NCBI GenBank assembly: GCA_051530055.1
Contig: CM121341.1
Coordinates: forward strand, 11,758,784-11,822,783
Length of the DNA stretch: 64,000 nucleotides
Origin: Neoechinorhynchus agilis
Taxonomy: Eukaryota > Animalia > Acanthocephala
Direction: 5' to 3'
Made by a program: the position numbers and the translations under genes. The notes beneath the pieces were generated by a model. It saw only the letters and a program-made list of their open reading frames with translations. It did no database searches and had not been told where the DNA came from. Positions 24,905-37,767 of the stretch are shown here, one piece after another; position 1 is the first letter of the stretch; the number at the start of each line of letters is the position of its first letter.

Positions 24905-26766
24905 TAAAGTACAAAACGTACAATCACCACCGTCCGCAAAATCTTAGCATCTCTCATTCCTCGGATGTCGCTATCACGCCAGCAGCAGTGCCTCGTTATA
25001 CTGCGAGCGCGATATTTTGTCGCAGGAATACACCTGCTCGTGCGTCGCCAGTCGCTTCTCCCAATTTCTTCGAGATCCTGGAGCAGAGTGAGTGCCGAGC
25101 TGCGAAGCGCTAGTTACGTCTCTACTCCGAAGAGGACAAAATAGTGGGCCCTTGCTAATTCTCTATATTTTCGTACCTTCCTCCCTTCCGCTGCACCTAC
25201 AGGGATTTCGAGAGAGTATGGAATGTTGCTTACTTCGAGGGTGTCCACGGGCATTTGCCCTCCCGTCACGGAAAGACCGAAATTCTGTCAGGTCGACAAC
25301 CGTCTAGTTGACAAAGATGGGCGGGTTCCAAGATGTTGGGGAAGTTCGCCGTTCTCAACGCCCGAGAAATTACGCTATCGATCTCAGAATGGCGTGAGAA
25401 CCTTCCTCCTGACGTTTGGCAAACGAGACCGTATCGCCCGAAACCATCAACCAAAGACCCACATCGACAGCGATGGGGCGTGCATATCGGGAGACCAAGT
25501 CTTAAGGACACTGCGATCCTCGTTACCTCATCAGCGAGAAGAGTTCCCACAGATGCCAGAGGAACAGCCTCCAACCACGCCCCCGATTCTCGTGTCGAAA
25601 CTGCCAACAATCTAGCTCGGACGACCCCATCGCGAGAACCTGAAAGTAGAGAGCTGTGAGCTCTCGCGACGAGAGGTCTGTCCCAGATTGACTGTCTGAG
25701 GCCATTCACGGGAACATGGTTAGCGCCTGTCTGTTTGCAGCATTCTTCAGCTGCCACCACAAAGTCTTGGTCAAGACAAAACTTTCCCCTCAGAATTATC
25801 TTCGCTATCGGTTGACTCCCCTCATACGACCCAAGAAAGGCTGGCAAGGCAAGGTCTATTAGCGCCCGAGTGCCCAATCCCCCAGATGATACAGACAATA
25901 AAGCTTGTCGCCACGCCTCATCTGAGAGCTGGACATTTAAAATATGTTCGAGACAAGCCCTCACCTTGTTGTCGAGCATAGCCAATCCTTCCTTATGTTT
26001 GAAGCATGTTGCTGTGCGGTCCTTATATAACAATTTGGGGATAAAGAGTGAGTTCTTTATCAGAAATAACGCTTCGTGAACCGAGAGGGCGCTCACACTA
26101 TCACACAGCAACGAAAGTTTCGGTCTGATACGGCCGATCTTAGCTTCCGCATTTTAATCAAAGACGCAACTACCCAGGAGGCTGAGTTGCTCTGGAGTCA
26201 CGAGTTTCAGACCTGGAGCTACGGCCTCGAACCCATCCATTAGCTCCTTGACGTTGGCGGCGTCTTCCATATTTAAAACTAGGAGCTCGCACTTTCCAGC
26301 ATTAAGCTAAACGCCCAATCTCGCAGTCTCAGTAATCAGCGTCTCCAAATCACGCAGTACAACGGAGGGATCACCTCCGAGCGCAGCGTCATCCAAGTAC
26401 CAAGCGTTGAAGCTGGAATGGAGAGAATTTGCTATTGGATTTACTGTTAGGGAGAATGCAATTGGACCGAGAGGATCTCCTTGCTGTACTCCTCTTTCGG
26501 ACCAAATTAGGTGGTTTTCGAAAAGCAAAGGAATCGCCGTCCCGTAGGCATTGAGAAAATACTGGAAGGCTTCTGGTGCGTGATCCCTAATTGCGCGGAA
26601 CATGCTTTCTCTATTAAGAGAGTTAAAGGCATTCCGAAAATCGCACTTAAGAATCACGCACGGCGCTGAGCTACTCGTAGCAAAGTTTCGGAGCGAGTGG
26701 ACGATAGCTTCCGCTCCCCAGGATGTGCAGCAGCCCAGATGGACTGGGCGAATTCGCTGCCCGGTT
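24905..26766 (-). mobile_element. CRE-like RLE retroelement, 5'-truncated, degenerate
   Basis: DFRNAFNS, GVQQGDPLGP, WYLDD, GGLG, CRCG..D.FGRYGLVC and RPD. Contains several frameshifts. Confidence 0.9.
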
Positions 26767-27114
26767 TAACAATAAACGTGTTATTATTAAGTCATACTTG
26801 AGCTCATCCTAGATATGATTGCGAGTAAAAATTCGAAATCTAACAAGATTATTGCGGATTTCAGAACTTTTAACTGCGAAATGTAAACACCAGCTTACTC
26901 ACAAGACAGAGGATGTTACAATGTATACCTGACTCACAGTATAAACGCTTAAGCATCTTTCTTAAACTCGATTTGAGCGTAAGAGATATCGGAACTTCTT
27001 GATGATTTTGCCTTACTGCACTAGTCAGTTTACAATAATATTGTTTTATATGGCTGAAAATTGAAGTAATTCATAAGGTCCGATATTTCTGCACAATCTT
27101 GTGCCTTTATCAAG

Positions 27115-27287
27115 GTTAGAATAATTATTTAGGTCTTCACGCCGTAAATCGTTTTTTATTAAAAACGTTTCGAAGCCTGTTGGGTTCACCATCAGTTTGT
27201 TAGTTATTAAAAGACCCGGCGAGGTTCGAAACGTTTTTAATAAAAAATGATTTACGGGCGAAGATCTAAATAATAATTCCAATCATA
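27115..27287. repeat. Imperfect long palindrome made of two inverted copies of a decayed RT-like repeat
   Basis: 27121-27180 is the reverse complement of about 27223-27278 (TTCGAAACGTTTTTAATAAAAAA.GATTTACGG...TAAATAAT). Related pieces occur at about 12430, 27375, 43905 and 46640. Confidence 0.7.
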
Positions 27288-27720
27288 TACCCGGACATTT
27301 ATCAGGGTTGCCTGTAAGTTTTCTACTATGTAAGCTCTAGAAAACTTGCAAGCAAAGTTGATAAAAACACAAAATTTTGCCGAAATATCGGACCCAATAA
27401 ATTACTTCAATTCTTCCACCATATAAAAACGTAAATAATTCAATCTTCGGAAAATAATGTTGTTTCAAAGAAAATAAACTTGTGATCCAAAATTTAATAT
27501 TTCTTTGTTACAGGTAACAAAAGTAACTTAGCGAACGAAAAAGAGAAATACTGCCAACTTGTATATTCAAGTAACAATATAATTGGCACCGGATGGCGTT
27601 ACTTAAGACATGACAAATCACTCATTTAAATATTTCCTCATGTTTTCCTTTTTGTCTATACCTGACTTACCAATGGCATTTTAAGCTTTAGTGAGTACCG
27701 AAAAGGACAATATGAATAAT

Positions 27721-27907
27721 TTTGTGATAAGAAGAATAGATATTGATTTATTGTTCTCAATATTTGGTCGGTCTCGTTGGAATTCTTCATGTTGTTTCAC
27801 AAGTAACAAGTTTCAGTAACAAACTTGCAAAACAACCTGAAAATGTCCGACGAGACGGACGAAATATTGAGAGCAATAAATCAATATCTATTCTTTTCAT
27901 CACCAAA
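27721..27907. mobile_element. MITE-like foldback element with about 60-bp terminal inverted repeats
   Basis: 27721-27781 (TTTGTGATAAGAAGAATAGATATTGATTTATTGTTCTCAATATTT...) pairs with 27846-27907 with few mismatches. No clear TSD. Confidence 0.75.
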
Positions 27908-28914
27908 GAACACATATATAAATGAGCAACTTCTTTACGATATGAATACTTTGTTAAAAAATTCATAATCTTCATTTCGTTCGTCATGCCACCGTATAAA
28001 TCTAACAATGCAGATGAATAAACCCGAAGATGAGGAACAAAGCTTTCTGCAAAGAATTAACAAAATTGTAAATGATTCAATCAAGGACATAAATGAAGAG
28101 GTTAAAGGTTTGTCAGCTTATTATAAAGAAAAAGTCGGTTAGTTTTCATTCAGAGTAACCTACTCCCCCCAAAAAAAGATTTTACAGAAAATTTGGTCTC
28201 CTCTGCAAAGGAAGAAGCGGAACGACTGTCGCAGGTTTCAAAAAGCGCCTTCGAAAACCTAAAAATGCACCAGGCAGCAAACGATTTGGGACTGGACAAA
28301 ACTGCTGATATTGTTGGTGTCCTAAATTTTTCGGCATTTTATTCTCATATTCATTTTTCTTAGAAGGATGAAGAAAGTGTGAAGGGGTTTGAGGCGAAAC
28401 TACCAGAAAAAAACAGCTAGATTTTACGGAGTGTTCGCTAAAATATTCTGGATTTAAATAAAAATCACGAGTGATTTTTTCTGTAAGCGGGCAACAAAGA
28501 CGCTTCAATATTAATGTGTCATTCCGCAGCATGTTTAAAAGTGAAACTAGTTATGCAATTTTAAGCCAGAAGCTCGTAATAAACATATAAAAGGCATTTG
28601 TTTAATTTTTAATAAACCGTGGGTTATTGGATGTATCAAAAGTCATTGGACGGATAAGAACATTGTTTGCTTTACAAGATCGACCCTCGTAACCCCAAGT
28701 AAACGCTTGTGATTTGTAAAAATAATAGATAATAGCGGGTATTTAATTTGGGAGACAACCACTAAACCTCCTACATTTTATGCGAACACGCGAACAGGTC
28801 AAGGGCTTCTTAATGAGCTCTCGGAATTTTTTTCAATAAAGGCGTGTGGATTGTTATTTCCATGTGAGTCTGGACTCATTCACCTGTCAAAGACTGGAAT
28901 TGTAGGTTGAGTTT

Positions 28915-29310
28915 TTAAGGCAAACCGTTCATAAAATCGCCCATCTCTTCACTGGGCAGTCCAAAGTTCATCGTCCAATAGTCACCTCAGAATTTAGCAT
29001 ATGCTTTCTCGGTAAGGAGAAGCCAAAAATCCACCGTGTTCAATGCGTTTCCCATTGCCATCATTGCCCTTTGTCCGTTCTCTGTAACAAAAGGCTGCCT
29101 ATCATCCACAACTTCGGTTCTCTTGGCATGCTCGTTATAGCGAAAACGACATCTTGGCGTCGTGAACTTAAGCACTGTTCTGTTATTCATCAAAGCAGAG
29201 AGTGCGGTTGCTTAATTCCTTCAGGTATCGTCTCTTTCAAGAAAACGGGCGACTGCCATTCAACTTTCTGATTAATCTTCTCATAAACCTGATTTCTCAG
29301 GTACAAAATC
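28915..29310 (-). pseudogene. Calpain catalytic-domain pseudogene fragment
   Basis: VVDDRQP, DFWLLLTEKAYAKF*GDY..MNFGLPSEEMGDF correspond to calpain VVDDRLP, EFWSALLEKAYAKL.GSY. The catalytic QG.LGDCW block is deleted at a frameshift and there is an in-frame TGA. Confidence 0.7.
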
Positions 29311-30526
29311 CCATCTAAAGCAATTCATTTGTTGAGATCGTTTGCTATTGAAGATAAATTTAATGTATTCGATCAATATGTTTTGACTGAGCGCGGAACT
29401 TGATCAATAATTTTTCAATTAGCCGACCTGATTTTCGGTTAGAGTGATGAAGTTCTTAAGCTAGCGTTTATGTTGCCGCTTTAAAACTCTACGACAGTTG
29501 GCAATGAACATTCTAATGCTCCGCTGAACAAAAAGTGCGATTAATTAAAATTCCATCGCTCACCTGAATTTTTCAAAAGGCCAATGAATTCAATTAAGAT
29601 GAGAAATTTTGCCGAACAATTTTATATGGTGGAGAATAGCTGTTTAGAATTTTATAAAATTGACACATATTTTGTGATTGATTCTTTGGTTTGCCTGTAA
29701 ATTATGAACTACGAACGCATTTAGTAGCATTTTAAAAATTGATATTCTGATAAGTTAACATAAGCATCGAATCGTTTTGCTGATTTTAAAGTCAAGATGG
29801 AATAGAAAAACTATAAAAAATTTCATTGCCTAGTAATAAAGCTGCACAGATTATCAATATTAACTAAGATAGTGATATGCGATCAAATCAAGAAATTCGT
29901 GAAAATATCGCAAATGACATATTTTATACTATCACACGCTGGATTTTTTCTCGCATGTTTATACATTTGTAAAATTTTGAAGATTCCACGATCTTCTGTT
30001 TGAAGTGTGTTGTCGAGTATCATTTGAACATCGTTCTTGTGTTAGGTTTTGTAGCGAACCAATAAAATCTTTTTCTTAATTGTTATGCTTTGTGGACATA
30101 GATTCACAGAAAAGCGTTGCCTTTTAAATATACTGAATATAAGTGTCGTTCAGCTGCTTTTCGTGCATAATTAAATCACAGAAAAATTAAAAGACAGACA
30201 ACTCGCTTTAAAATACACATAACTTAAATTGAGTTCATTCAGGCTGATCATATTACACACCAAGGGAAATTCCTCATCCAATGTGTTTATAAGCATCTCT
30301 TATTGTGCAAAGCTTGAGGCATTTCTTAATCTCGCACAAGGAATCTTTTTGAATCCAGAATACTTATGACTCAATCAGCTACGAATCTATTTACTAATTG
30401 CAGAGTAATTTATTTATTTAAAACCCCAAAGTAAGACGACTGATTTCTAGTATCATATTTTAAATCGCGGTTGCTTGTATTACATGCCTATTTTCCAAGA
30501 AACAAACAAGTTTCGGTAAATAAAAA

Positions 30527-31483
30527 ATGTTTTTCTGTTTAAACAAGAGAACAAATAGTGTCAAAGCAACCCCACAAAAAGTGAATGCCTTACTCTCGTT
30601 AGCATCTGTGATAGCTACAGAAATGCACATCAGTTCACTACAGTCTATCCTTTTTCTTGGGATTCTAGCGCCAAGAACCGCATTTTCCACTTTTGGCGAA
30701 CAAACCGAACATTCTATATCTGATGGCGTAACAACAGTAAATTCAACGGAGAAAAATACAATCCACAGTGAACTTTTATATCTAGCTAACAATCTCTTCA
30801 ACATCAACGCCTTTTTGAATTTAAGTGAAGGATCGGAACTCCCAATTAACGCGATCGTCGCTGATTGGTTGCATGGCTTTAATCGTAACATGCTGCCAGA
30901 GCTGGTTGGTCGAGTAAATGAAGTTCTCAGCACATTTGATGTAGGAACACTCTTTCAGGATATCTCACGGTTTTTTTGTCTTTACAAAGACGCTGATCAA
31001 TCGGATGCGGCGACCGAAGTTTCACTTTCCAAGCGATCAGAACCGCAAAATACAAAAAACGCAAAGTCGATTATTGGCAAAGTGATTACTTTGGGTTACG
31101 AAATTCTAGAGAAAGATAATATTACATCGAGAAACTACGATGAGGAATCGACACACGTCAAGCCGTTGTCCATTCGAAAAGGCATAAAACATTTTGAACA
31201 AATGATGGAGGATCTATATTATGAAGTAAAGGAATTTATCGAATCGAACATTGATTTTTGCTACCTTGAGAGAGCTGAAGCTATCAAACGTTTATTATTA
31301 AAGATAAATGACGTATCGGAAGCAAGAAAAAGAAATGGTGATGGAACAATTCAGTTGAACGAATATGAGATTCAGGAAATATCAAAGAGCTTTCTGCCTA
31401 TTCTATATTGTCTTAGGAGGAACGATGCACCAGCACTTAGAAAGATTCTAGCTTCGCTCGAGCATCGCCTGAAAAGGAAATGA
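30527..31483 (+). CDS. Orphan protein, possibly secreted (likely start ATG 30623)
   Basis: 957-nt stop-free ORF in AT-rich DNA. MHISSLQSILFLGILAPRTAFS resembles a signal peptide, and the remainder looks helical. Confidence 0.55.
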   Translation: MFFCLNKRTNSVKATPQKVNALLSLASVIATEMHISSLQSILFLGILAPRTAFSTFGEQTEHSISDGVTTVNSTEKNTIHSELLYLANNLFNINAFLNLSEGSELPINAIVADWLHGFNRNMLPELVGRVNEVLSTFDVGTLFQDISRFFCLYKDADQSDAATEVSLSKRSEPQNTKNAKSIIGKVITLGYEILEKDNITSRNYDEESTHVKPLSIRKGIKHFEQMMEDLYYEVKEFIESNIDFCYLERAEAIKRLLLKINDVSEARKRNGDGTIQLNEYEIQEISKSFLPILYCLRRNDAPALRKILASLEHRLKRK

Positions 31484-33563
31484 TCAATTACTCATTATTT
31501 ATTAAAAATTATTTATCATATCTTTCTATATAAGAAAACTTTTATATTTTACAGGATAGGTTTACTTCTTGTGCAAACGTTTTGACATGGAATCAAACGC
31601 TCACAAAGTACTCAACTCATAAAATTACACCCAAAAATATCATATTGACTAATTTATGTATTTTAAATGCCAAAACATATCTTTCGAAAGATTGTGCTTT
31701 CTGTTTTGACTATTTTTCAAAAAGGTTAAGATAATTTTAATACAATGCAGTGTTGCCTTTACGATTTCAATTCGAGGTTATCATAAATTGATTCATGTCT
31801 TTTTAGTAAAAACTGTCTCGTTTGAATTTAAAGCATTTGCTCATTGGTACAATATGTGTTGAAAATAAGTTTTAATATTGTTAGTTGCTTAAAATATCAA
31901 AATTTAGAGACGCCAGAAAATGTTTTCTTCGAATGCTGCGTGCACAATTCCCCATAAATCCGTTCAGTTGTCTGAATGGACACTTCTCTTATCATATTTA
32001 AGGCGATAGTTAAGAAAGTTTTAAAAATTCGTATTAATCCGAGGACTACTTTCTTTTATTTGTAAAAAACGCTACTATTTAGGGTAAATAGGTGTATTTG
32101 TCGAGATTTTACTGTTGAATAATTCAATAAGTCCTGCATTCATAAGTCAAGCAGATGATTATTATTCGGAGATATTAGCTTCCAGGGTTGCCGCGAAACA
32201 TTGCAAAATGCAAAAGAGATTTTTATGCTTACCTTTTAATGCCAGAAATGCTTACAAGTCACTTGTATCAAAAACCATTTCACTTCTAAAAGTTTGCTTC
32301 GAGCGCAACCTTAGCAAGCACGCGCAAATGTGATTGTAAATTAATTTAATATTTTCCATAGAATGTGGTCTTGTGCTTTTTTGAAACCTTTTTATCGGAT
32401 ATCACCATTCGTTTTTAATTCAAAGGTTTAATAGATATAGGTGATCAAACGTATTTTAACTTGTCGCAACCAGTAACTTGAGCATATTTAATGGCCTCCC
32501 ATAAGCAGGGACATAATAGCAGATATTTTATCAGACTCCGGAGTGTGTAAGTAAAGCAAGTATCAGTTTGAAATTACCATTGAAAAAACAGTGGTTCTCT
32601 TACTTAGAGGCTCAAGTGGACAATGAGTACAGGAACAGAGGTTTGAGGAGCATGTTGCCCGAACCCGTGTAGTTCACAGGATAACACTATGATGATGTTG
32701 TTTTAGATGGCAATCTTTGATAATGTCGGAATTATCCGACGTAGAATATCGGCAATAAATTCGTCAATTTAAATCCGGGAAGTATCTTTTCCCCGAATAT
32801 AATAATAAGATATATTTATTCTGGCTTAAAAGCAAAGGAAGCATCACCAGAATTGAATCTTCGAATACAACGAAGGATTTAATATGTTTTGAAATAAATA
32901 AGTGATCGTTGACATTTTCTACAGTTTTCATATTGCGGTTAAAGTGTAGATATGATAGTATTTTGTCATGATTTAATCATAACAACACGATGTCATGCTT
33001 TGCTTTCTATTTAGTGAGTGGCGATCGCAATAATAAAATATTCTTTAAAGTTAAACAAGAAGACGTATAGGTCCGATTCACTAAGCTGAAAATAGTCGAA
33101 GTATTCGGATATTGAATGTCAATAAATAAAACTATTGCTGAGCATCTCTAAACAAGCCCAGAATAAACAACTCAAAAATTAATTAGTGCATAAAATTGAT
33201 AACAATAGATGGAAAGATTGTACCTCTGTCATTTTAAGAATCATTTAAATATTATAGAAGGATTTTCACAGGCGTCAAAAAATCTATAAACAACGTGATC
33301 CATTATGGACGTTTTACCACTATGATTAGATTTAGTGATTCTGAAATCGAAACACATGAATAGTTGTATAAAATTTAAAGCAGTTTGGGGATAGAAATTC
33401 TTTACAGGTGAACAAGATCTTTTAAATAATCGTGAAGTTTTCCTATATAGTTGAACGAAATATCGTAAAGTGCAGAAAACCTTTATAATACATTATTGAT
33501 AAGACACAAGTCGTCAAGGTGACGTTGATGTTCATATCTTTTATTCGACCAAAATATTGTAAG

Positions 33564-34358
33564 ATGAATTATAGTGACCCTGAAGGTAGCACAATAAGTT
33601 GCACTTACTGGAGTGATTCCACAGATTGGTCTCCAACAACTCTAAGCTCGTTAAATTCACCATTAAAATCAACATCAATTTCTTCGTGGAGAAGCGATGT
33701 ATCAACCACTCGCGCGCGGTCCTGCACAGAAACTCTAGTCGATTCTCTGTCTAACAGTTCCGAAACGAACATAATGGTGGATAAATCTTGCAGAAATGGA
33801 CCTGGAGAAATATGCGATTTCGGTTGTCAATTTCCAGAAAATCATGGAAAAGAAATTCGTTTATTTGAATCGCGTTGTACTCAAACCGAAAACGTCAAGG
33901 CTTTATCAATGAACGCCTTATCAACGTCTGCCGAATACTTGATTTATTCATCAATTAAAAATGAGGACACGCTTTCGTTGGATACATCACGCACTGGGGA
34001 AACAGTCTGTACTTTAAATGGTAAAAGTTCCGTTTTAAAAAATGAGCCCTCCTTTGATGATGTTGTTCATAACCCATTCGACAAAATTCTTTTGATGTCT
34101 GAATTTTTAGAAAACAATTTTGACGGGCACGAAGTAGAAAATATCAAACAAACTCCTATTTTATTCAATGAAGCGATTTTTACTGATGATAAGATTCAAA
34201 GCGAACTATACAAATATTACCGAAACGAAAATTTGAATTCCATATTGTCACTTTGTTTAAAAAGAAATATTGCATCGGCTGACGTCCCCTGGATGGTTGA
34301 ACAGTTGGCTCAAAAGATTACAAAGAGATATTACGTTTTTCCAGTGTTGCCTGAATAG
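33564..34358 (+). CDS. Orphan Ser/Thr-rich protein
   Basis: Long stop-free ORF from ATG 33564 with an S/T-rich N-terminal half. No domain recognised. Confidence 0.45.
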   Translation: MNYSDPEGSTISCTYWSDSTDWSPTTLSSLNSPLKSTSISSWRSDVSTTRARSCTETLVDSLSNSSETNIMVDKSCRNGPGEICDFGCQFPENHGKEIRLFESRCTQTENVKALSMNALSTSAEYLIYSSIKNEDTLSLDTSRTGETVCTLNGKSSVLKNEPSFDDVVHNPFDKILLMSEFLENNFDGHEVENIKQTPILFNEAIFTDDKIQSELYKYYRNENLNSILSLCLKRNIASADVPWMVEQLAQKITKRYYVFPVLPE

Positions 34359-34459
34359 CATCTGAAACGTTTGTGAATGCAAAACCCTAAAACCTAATCA
34401 TCGCCAATATCGACATTTGTCATTCGCTATCTGTGTGAGATCCAGTTGTATTAATAAAA

Positions 34460-37400
34460 ACTGTGCTGATTTATTTCGCTTTTATAAATTTTTTTTTACA
34501 AAAAGTACTTTTTTGTGAACAAAGCATTTTCTTCGTGATCTTTTCTATTTGGTTACTTTTCTTTACATTCACCACCTCCCACCAAATTCCAGCTTTTGTC
34601 CTTCCTCGACCGTCGCCATCACGCTGGCAGCATTGCCCCGTTGTACTGCCAGCGAGATATTTTGTCGAAGAAATAAGCCTGCTCTTGAGTCTCCGGTTGC
34701 CTCTCTCAATTTCTTCGAGAGATCCTTGAGCAGAGAGAGTGCCGAGCTGCCGAGCGCTCCATACGTCTCTACCCCAAAGGGGACAAAATAGTGAGCCCTC
34801 GGTAGCTGCATATATTTTCGTACCTTCCTCCCTTCCGCTGCACTGGCGGCACCACCGGCGATTTCGAGGGAGTAGGGGATGTTGCTGGCTGCGAGGGTGT
34901 CCACACACGTGGCGTTCCAGAGAAGGCATTTGCCCTCCCGCCACGGGAAGACCGAAATTCCATCGGGCCTACGGCCGTCTAGTCTGCAGAGGTGGGCGGG
35001 TTCCAGGATGTTCGGGAAGTTCGCCGTTCTCAACGCCCGAGAAATTACGTTATTGATTTCAGAATGGCGTGAAAACCTTCCTGCTGACCTTCTGCAGACG
35101 AGACCGTGTCGCCCGAAAGCATCAACCAAAGACCCACATCGACAGCGATGGGGCGTGCATATCGGGAGACCGAGTCTTGAGGATACTGCGATCCTCGTCA
35201 CCTCGTCAGTAAGAAGAGTTCCCACAGATGCCAGAGGAACAGCCTCCAACCACGCCCCAGATTCTCGTGTTGAAACTGCCAACAGTCTAGCTCGGACGAC
35301 CCCATCGCGAGAACCTGAAAGAAGAGAGCTGTGAGCTCTCGCGACAAGAGGTCCGTCCCAGATCGACTGTCTGAGGCCATTCACGGGAACTTGGTTAGCG
35401 CCTGTCTGCTGACACCATTCCTCAACCGCCACCACGAAATCCCGGTCAAGACAAAACTTTTCTTTCAAAATGTTCTTCGAGACTGGTAGGCTCCCCTCAA
35501 ACGATCCAAGAAAGGCCGGCAAAGCAAGGTCGACTAGTGCCCGAATTCCCAATCCCCCAGATGACACAGGCAAAGAAGCTTGTCGCCACGCCCCATCTGA
35601 GAGCTGGACATTTAAAATACGCTCGAGGCAAGCCCTCACCTTATTGTCCAGCTTTGCCAATCCTTCTTTGTGTTTGAAAAATGTTGCTGTGCGAACCTTG
35701 TACAATAATTTGGGGATGAAGAGCGCGTTCTTTATGAGAAACAAGGCTTCATGAGCCGAGAGAGCGCACACCCTATCGCACAGCAACGAAAGTTTCGGTA
35801 TGATATGGCCGATCTCATCTTCCACATTTGAATCGAAGACACAACTGCCCAAGAGGCTGAGTTGTTCCCGAGTCACGAGTTTCAGACCTGGAGCTACGGC
35901 CTCGAACCCAGCCATTAGTTCTTTGACTTTAGCGGCGTCTCCAATATTCAGTACAAGGAGCTCACATTTTCCAGCATTAAGCTCAATGCCCATCTTCGAG
36001 GTCTCCCTAATCAGCGTCTCCAAATCGCGCAGTACAACGGAGGGATCACCTCCGAGCGTAGCGTCATCCAAGTACCAAGCGTTGAAGCTGGAATGGAGAG
36101 AATGCGCTATTGGGTTTACTGTTAGGGAGAATCCGATTGGACCGAGGGGATCTCCTTGCTGCACTCCTCTTTCGGACCAAATGAGGTGGTCTTCGAAAAG
36201 CAAAGGAATCGCCGTCCCGTAGGCATTGAGAAAATACTGGAAGGCTTCTGGTGCGTGATCCCTAATTGCGCGGAACATGCTTTCTCTATTAAGAGAGTTA
36301 AAGGCGTTCCGAAAATCGCACTTAAGAATCACGCACGGCGCTGAGCTACTCGTAGCAAAGTTTCGGAGCGAGTGGACGATAGCTTCCGCCCCGCAGGATG
36401 TGCAGCAGCCCAGTTGGACTGGACGAAGTTGCTGCCCGGTTTTCTCTGTAATACGTTTGCAGAGAATTTTTCCTGCAAGTCGGCGTATCGTCGAAGATAC
36501 GGCGATGGGACGAATCCCACCATCTTTTTTTGTGAGAGCACATAATGATGCTCCGAAAAATAGGTCTTTTGCAACGGGGTTCAGGTCCTCTCCAGTCAGG
36601 CGGTCGACTATTCGAGAAAGCGCACTTTCTAGAGAGAGCTGCTTCACCAGTTGAAAAGGACATCATGTCCTTTAAGTGCTGAGGCCTTAGTCCGTCAAGC
36701 CCGTGACCCGAACCATTTGCAAAAGTTGAGATGGCCTTTTTCATTTCTGAAATTTGAGTGGGCGTCCTGTCCTGAATGGGAGGAGATGGAATTTCAAAGC
36801 TTCCGCTACTACATGGGTGCTTCGACCGGAGTATTTGTAGCGTCTCGCTGTCTCCTTTTGCGAAACTGTCGGAGGATGACAATAACCGAACAGCCCCCCG
36901 AACATCCCCGTCCGCAAGCTTCGAAGAGACACGCTCAGTCAGTGATCGCTTTGAAAAACGGCAGCGATACTCTTCCTTCGTGCGTCCCTTAGAAACCTCG
37001 CGGAGATTCCTTTCAAAATTTTTAAATATTTGTTCAAAGGAATCTAACCTTTCCTTGATTGTTGATGTCAAAGACACCCCAGAATCACCGCTGGTGCAGA
37101 GGACTAAGCGCGGGAAAGCGAAGAGCCGTGTCCATGAAGGCGCACAGTTCGTTTGCAGGCAATCATTGAGCAATCCCGTAAATGCTTTGGCGACCAGATA
37201 TCGCGCACCTTTGGGGATCCGTTTCAGGACGTTCATGGGCAGAAACCGCACGATACCAGGTATCGAAATAGAATCAGTGGTGATCTGAGGGGTCTCAGGC
37301 ACGAACGGTTCGGTTAATTGTGGTGGAGAACCAGACCCACTACAGCGGAGATCTCGGGGACCATGGACAAACAAAACCCCCATATTTGTTAATTTAAAAA

Positions 37401-37767
37401 ACTTACCGCAAACCGGACACAAACCAGTAGAGACGCGTGGGAGCCCGGCAGCGTTGGTCTTCTCAGATTGCACGTGATCGATAAGTAGCTCGTTCAAATT
37501 GTCTGCGTCACCAGCGTCGATTGTAGGCGATTTGAACACATTGTGATGTAGTTTGGAATTTCTGCAAAACCTATCCGATGCTGAGATGGTCCTGAGCCTT
37601 CTTGGAGGTATAGTGCTGGGAGGTGAATCTAATCCGTCGCTAGATCCATCGTCTGACTGCTTGGCTTTGGGCGGTGACTTCGGGGTAGTCGCTAATTCGT
37701 CACCTTGCGTGGGCCGTCCCCGAGCGAAGCGAGGGGACGGCGGTGGTGGCATCGTTGACGGCAACAT
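34460..37767 (-). mobile_element. Near full-length CRE-like non-LTR retrotransposon (Zn finger, RT, RLE) with one frameshift
   Basis: N-terminal CPVCGKFFK...VHG...C, GLDGLRPQHL, GGIRPIAV, DFRNAFNS, GVQQGDPLGP, WYLDD, CRCG...H...C and RPDG. The two ORFs (36346-37767 and 34569-36647) switch frame at a (CT)n run near 36635. Confidence 0.92.

Noticed and set aside
23137-28989. Genome-wide TGA or TAA reassignment (in-frame stops in MsrA, calpain, PIG-L)
   Set aside because: THOC2, hexokinase and TTBK end in TGA, and UTP23 and BOULE end in TAA. The long genes show no scattered internal stops.
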